64,000 bases of DNA from positions 62,037 through 126,036 of the forward strand of contig CAWJQC010000009.1 in assembly GCA_963844965.1 (NCBI GenBank), in the 5' to 3' direction. The stretch is from an uncultured bacterium. GTDB taxonomy: Bacteria > Patescibacteriota > Minisyncoccia > UBA6257 > 2-01-FULL-56-20. The translations under genes and the position numbers were made by a program. Numbering within the stretch: position 1 is the stretch's first letter; every line of letters begins with the position of its first letter. This document shows positions 61,215 through 64,000 of the stretch, piece after piece. Below the pieces are notes generated by a model. That model searched no databases and was not told where the DNA came from. It saw only the letters and a list, made by a program, of their open reading frames with translations.

Positions 61215-61655
61215 GTGCTAAATTGGCTATTGAGGTTGTTACGGATAAAGCCGAATACGAATAAATGGCTCGGACTAGGGGGCGAGACATACGAGATAGA
61301 GGACCTTGGACGTTCTGCCATATTTCTGCTTCCATTAAACAAATTAGGGATAATGGTTGGCGGCGAAACGATTGAGAAAAATCTGCATCGTTTTCTTGAT
61401 GAAAAGTTCGGCGCATTCACAGCAATGACATCATCCAAGGCGGCTATGACGATAATGGGACCGTGTTTCGGATTTTGGCGCAATTCCCTTGCAGAACTCG
61501 TTTACGATGAATGCCGCCTCTACGAGGTATCATTTGCCGGCAAGGAAAGAATTCCCCTACTTTTAGAAAAACTTACTGAAGTCATGCGTGCCATCGGCGA
61601 GAAATGCATCTACTTCAAGGCCGGGCAATACGCCTGTTTAGTGTACCCAAAGTAA
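61215..61655 (+). CDS. hypothetical protein
   Basis: 146-aa ORF with a promoter upstream. No motif recognised. Confidence 0.4.
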   Translation: MLNWLLRLLRIKPNTNKWLGLGGETYEIEDLGRSAIFLLPLNKLGIMVGGETIEKNLHRFLDEKFGAFTAMTSSKAAMTIMGPCFGFWRNSLAELVYDECRLYEVSFAGKERIPLLLEKLTEVMRAIGEKCIYFKAGQYACLVYPK

Positions 61656-61720
61656 CGGCCTACAGGATACTCGCCGTTTTCAATAGCCTTCGGCATAAAA
61701 CCGGAGGTTTTTTTCGCAAA

Positions 61721-62771
61721 TTAAATCTTCACAACTTCCTCCCACGGCAGACCCGGTTTGCCGAAATGGCCGTAAGCGGCCGTTTGCAAATATATCGGTC
61801 TGCGCAGATTCAACCGTTCAATGATCGCCGCTGGACGAAAATCAAAATTTTTCTTAACGACGACGGCCAGGCTCTCCCCTTTCTCGTTCACCGCCTCCAC
61901 CATCAACGGCTCTGCTCTGCCGATGGCGTAAGCAACCGAAATCATGCATTCCTTCGCCAAACCGTTCGCCACGACATTTTTCGCGGCGAACCGCGCCATA
62001 TAGGCCGCCGAGCGGTCAACTTTTGTCGGGTCTTTGCCGGAAAAACAGCCGCCGCCGTGCGGAATCAGACCGCCGTAGGTGTCAACCATGATTTTCCTGC
62101 CAGTTAAGCCGGTATCGGCGTCAAAGCCGCCCTGCACGAAGCGTCCGGTGGGATTCACCAGTATTTCAATGCCGGAAATGTCTCCAACCGCCGGCGCTAT
62201 AAGGCCGCGGGTAAGTTCGTTTTTTATAAAGTCATGGCTAACCGACTCGTCGTGTTGAGCACCTACCAAAATCGTTCTGAACCGGCCATTCTCAACCGTC
62301 ACCTGGGTTTTTCCGTCCGGCCGCAACCAGGAGAATTTTTTGTCGGTTCTGCGCAATTTTTCCAGACCGGATGCGAGCTTATGAACGAGCACGACCGCTT
62401 TAGGCAGAAACTCCGGCGTCTCCTCGGTCGCATAGCCATACATTATTCCCTGGTCGCCGGTCTCCGCCAGTGTCAACTCCCATAGCGATATCGGGTGATT
62501 GCTTCGCGATATTCACTATGAATCTCAAAGCGCTTTCATAGCCGATATCGCGATACAATTTTTTTGCGATTGCCTCGGCGTTGAAATCCGCCGCGGTTGT
62601 CACCTCGCCTCCCACAACGAGCAAGCCGTGCGAGCCGAAAGATTCCACGGCGACGCGGGATTTCGGGTCCTGCCGCAGGCATTCATCCAGCACGGCGTCC
62701 GAAATCTGATCGCAAACTTTGTCCGGATGGCCGGAAGTAACGCTTTCCACCGTATATGTTTTGGAAGTCAT
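61721..62771 (-). CDS. metK: S-adenosylmethionine synthetase; frameshift near 62400-62476
   Basis: The N-terminus MTSKTYTVESVTSGHPDKVCDQISDAVLD is in ORF 62400..62876. ORF 61721..62476 carries GDQGIMYGYA...GGGCFSGKDPTKVDRSAAY... Confidence 0.9.
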
Positions 62772-63103
62772 GTCTTTATAATGGATCAATAATAATTTAT
62801 AACCGGGCGCCTGGTCAAGAGATAATCCCCAGAGAACAAAACTCCTTCCGTAAAGGAAAGAGCTCTGTCTTGACACTTATCTCTCCCCTTACAGGGCTGG
62901 ATTTGGCACCTTGCCCGCGTTCTCTTACCTCACATAAGAAAACCGGATAGGTTGTCGCCGGATTATGGGCCGGTTCCCTCCTGCTCCGCAAAAAATAAAC
63001 ATTTAATGATTCGGAGCCGCACCCGGACTCTTGATAGGTTATTTACTTGTCAAAAACAATTATAGCAAAAAACCGACGGACTGCAAATGTCACGGCCTGT
63101 GGA

Positions 63104-63613
63104 TTACTTACTGGTGGAAGAAGCGTTGACGGATAAGAGCTCCACCGTGAATTTCAACGTGGAATTCGGCGGAATAGCCGCCGAGTTCTGGTTGCCATAG
63201 CCAAGTTCGGGGATCACAATCGTCCGCTTGCCGCCGACTTTCATTCCCACAAGGCCCAAATCAAAACCAGGAATGACGTTGCCCGCGCCCAGCGTGAATT
63301 CAAACGGCTGGTTGCGTTTGTAGGAATTATCAAATTCTTTGCCGTCGTTCGTGCCGCCGACGAGCGTGCCGATATAGTTGATACTCACCACGTCCCCGTT
63401 TTTCGCCTCGGCTCCGCTGCCGACGGTAATGTCGGTTATTTTTAATTTCGCCATTTCATCCGAAATTAATTTTTGCTGCGCATCCGCCTGTTCTTGTCCT
63501 GCCAAAGCCGCTTCATGCTGCGATTGTTCGTCCATGCGCTGATTGTACCAAACACCGCCGCCTATGAGAGCAGCCACAATGACAATGAAAATCACTATTC
63601 TCACTATGCTCAT
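63104..63613 (-). CDS. membrane-anchored FKBP-type peptidyl-prolyl cis-trans isomerase
   Basis: TM helix, then VVSINYIGTLVGGTNDGKEFDNSYKRNQPFEFTLGAGNVIPGFDLGLVGMKVGGKRTIVIP. Confidence 0.85.
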   Translation of the reverse strand: MSIVRIVIFIVIVAALIGGGVWYNQRMDEQSQHEAALAGQEQADAQQKLISDEMAKLKITDITVGSGAEAKNGDVVSINYIGTLVGGTNDGKEFDNSYKRNQPFEFTLGAGNVIPGFDLGLVGMKVGGKRTIVIPELGYGNQNSAAIPPNSTLKFTVELLSVNASSTSK

Positions 63614-63656
63614 GTTTTTATTATGAAGATACCTATTAATACTTATCCGCGCCGCT

Positions 63657-63975
63657 TCATGTTATCCGCGAGCCGGGAGGAACTTCCCGTTCAACCGTCA
63701 GAACCACGGGCTTGCCGTCTTCATCGTGCGCCGCGAGCAGCATACCATTGGATTCCAGACCCATCAGCGCGCGCGGTTCCATGTTCGCCACGATTGCGAT
63801 TTCCTTTCCAACCAGCGCCTCCGGCTCGTAAACTTTGCCCACGCCGGCAACAAGCTGCCGCGTCTCGTCGCCCAAACTTATCTGGAGTTTAAGCAACTTT
63901 TCCACCCAGCTATGCGCTCCGCCGCGAGAACCTTCGCGACCCGCAGCTCAATTTTGTCAAAATCATCTATGGTCA
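63657..63975 (-). CDS. stand-alone tRNA-binding domain protein (CsaA / MetRS C-terminal OB-fold like); frameshift near 63905
   Basis: Manual translation from 63975 gives MTIDDFDKIELRVAKVLAAERIAGW. ORF 63657..63905 continues with VGKEIAIVANMEPRALMGLESNGMLLAA. Confidence 0.5.
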
Positions 63976-64000
63976 TATGATTATTATTTAAATCTATTTT

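Overview
This is a 64-kb, mostly minus-strand, gene-dense chromosomal segment from a small-genome, apparently uncultivated bacterium. Short proteins, a truncated UvrC and a GH130 cluster are compatible with a Patescibacteria/CPR-like organism; that placement is inference only.

Core content:
- Complete F-type ATP synthase operon, in the order atpB-atpE-atpF-atpH-atpA-[HNH]-atpG-atpD-atpC.
- Nucleotide excision repair genes uvrA, uvrB and uvrC.
- Base excision and direct repair genes nth, mpg and an Ogt-like MGMT domain.
- lexA, metK, a Glu/Leu/Phe/Val dehydrogenase, an OmpR-type two-component pair, a SIS-type PGI/PMI, FKBP, rhodanese, patatin, GNAT and thermonuclease.
- A cluster of three GH130 domains.

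Accessory and unusual content:
1. An integrative element at the window start: a large serine recombinase broken at an A5 run, an Xis-like HTH protein, a Zn-finger/P-loop primase-like protein, two more HTH genes and a ClpP-like protease.
2. A tightly packed minus-strand operon lexA -> HsdR-N-terminal-only PD-(D/E)xK nuclease -> hsdM -> HEPN-like insert -> hsdS -> GIY-YIG-like protein. There is no helicase-type hsdR.
3. A staircase of three copies of the uvrB 3' end, with a promoter-bearing 132-aa gene between copies. This looks like repeated site-specific insertion at the uvrB 3' end.
4. An HNH endonuclease gene inside the atp operon, and a 124-bp MITE-like element inserted exactly between the atpF stop codon and the atpH start codon. 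A second copy lies elsewhere.
5. A high-GC two-gene island encoding a pepsin-like lipoprotein with two DTGS motifs and a QYG flap.
6. Two paralogous cell-surface proteins sharing a near-identical 5' region.
7. A 185-nt structured repeat present in two copies.
8. A CCCCACACCTAA...TTAGGTGTGGGG hairpin family 3' of two genes.
9. A candidate RNase P RNA.
10. A promoter-to-terminator structured transcript at 12.5-13.1 kb.

At least 14 genes carry single-nucleotide frameshifts, and two of them map to homopolymers. These look like sequencing indels rather than biology, so split genes are reported as single CDSs with a note. No tRNA, rRNA or CRISPR array was found.
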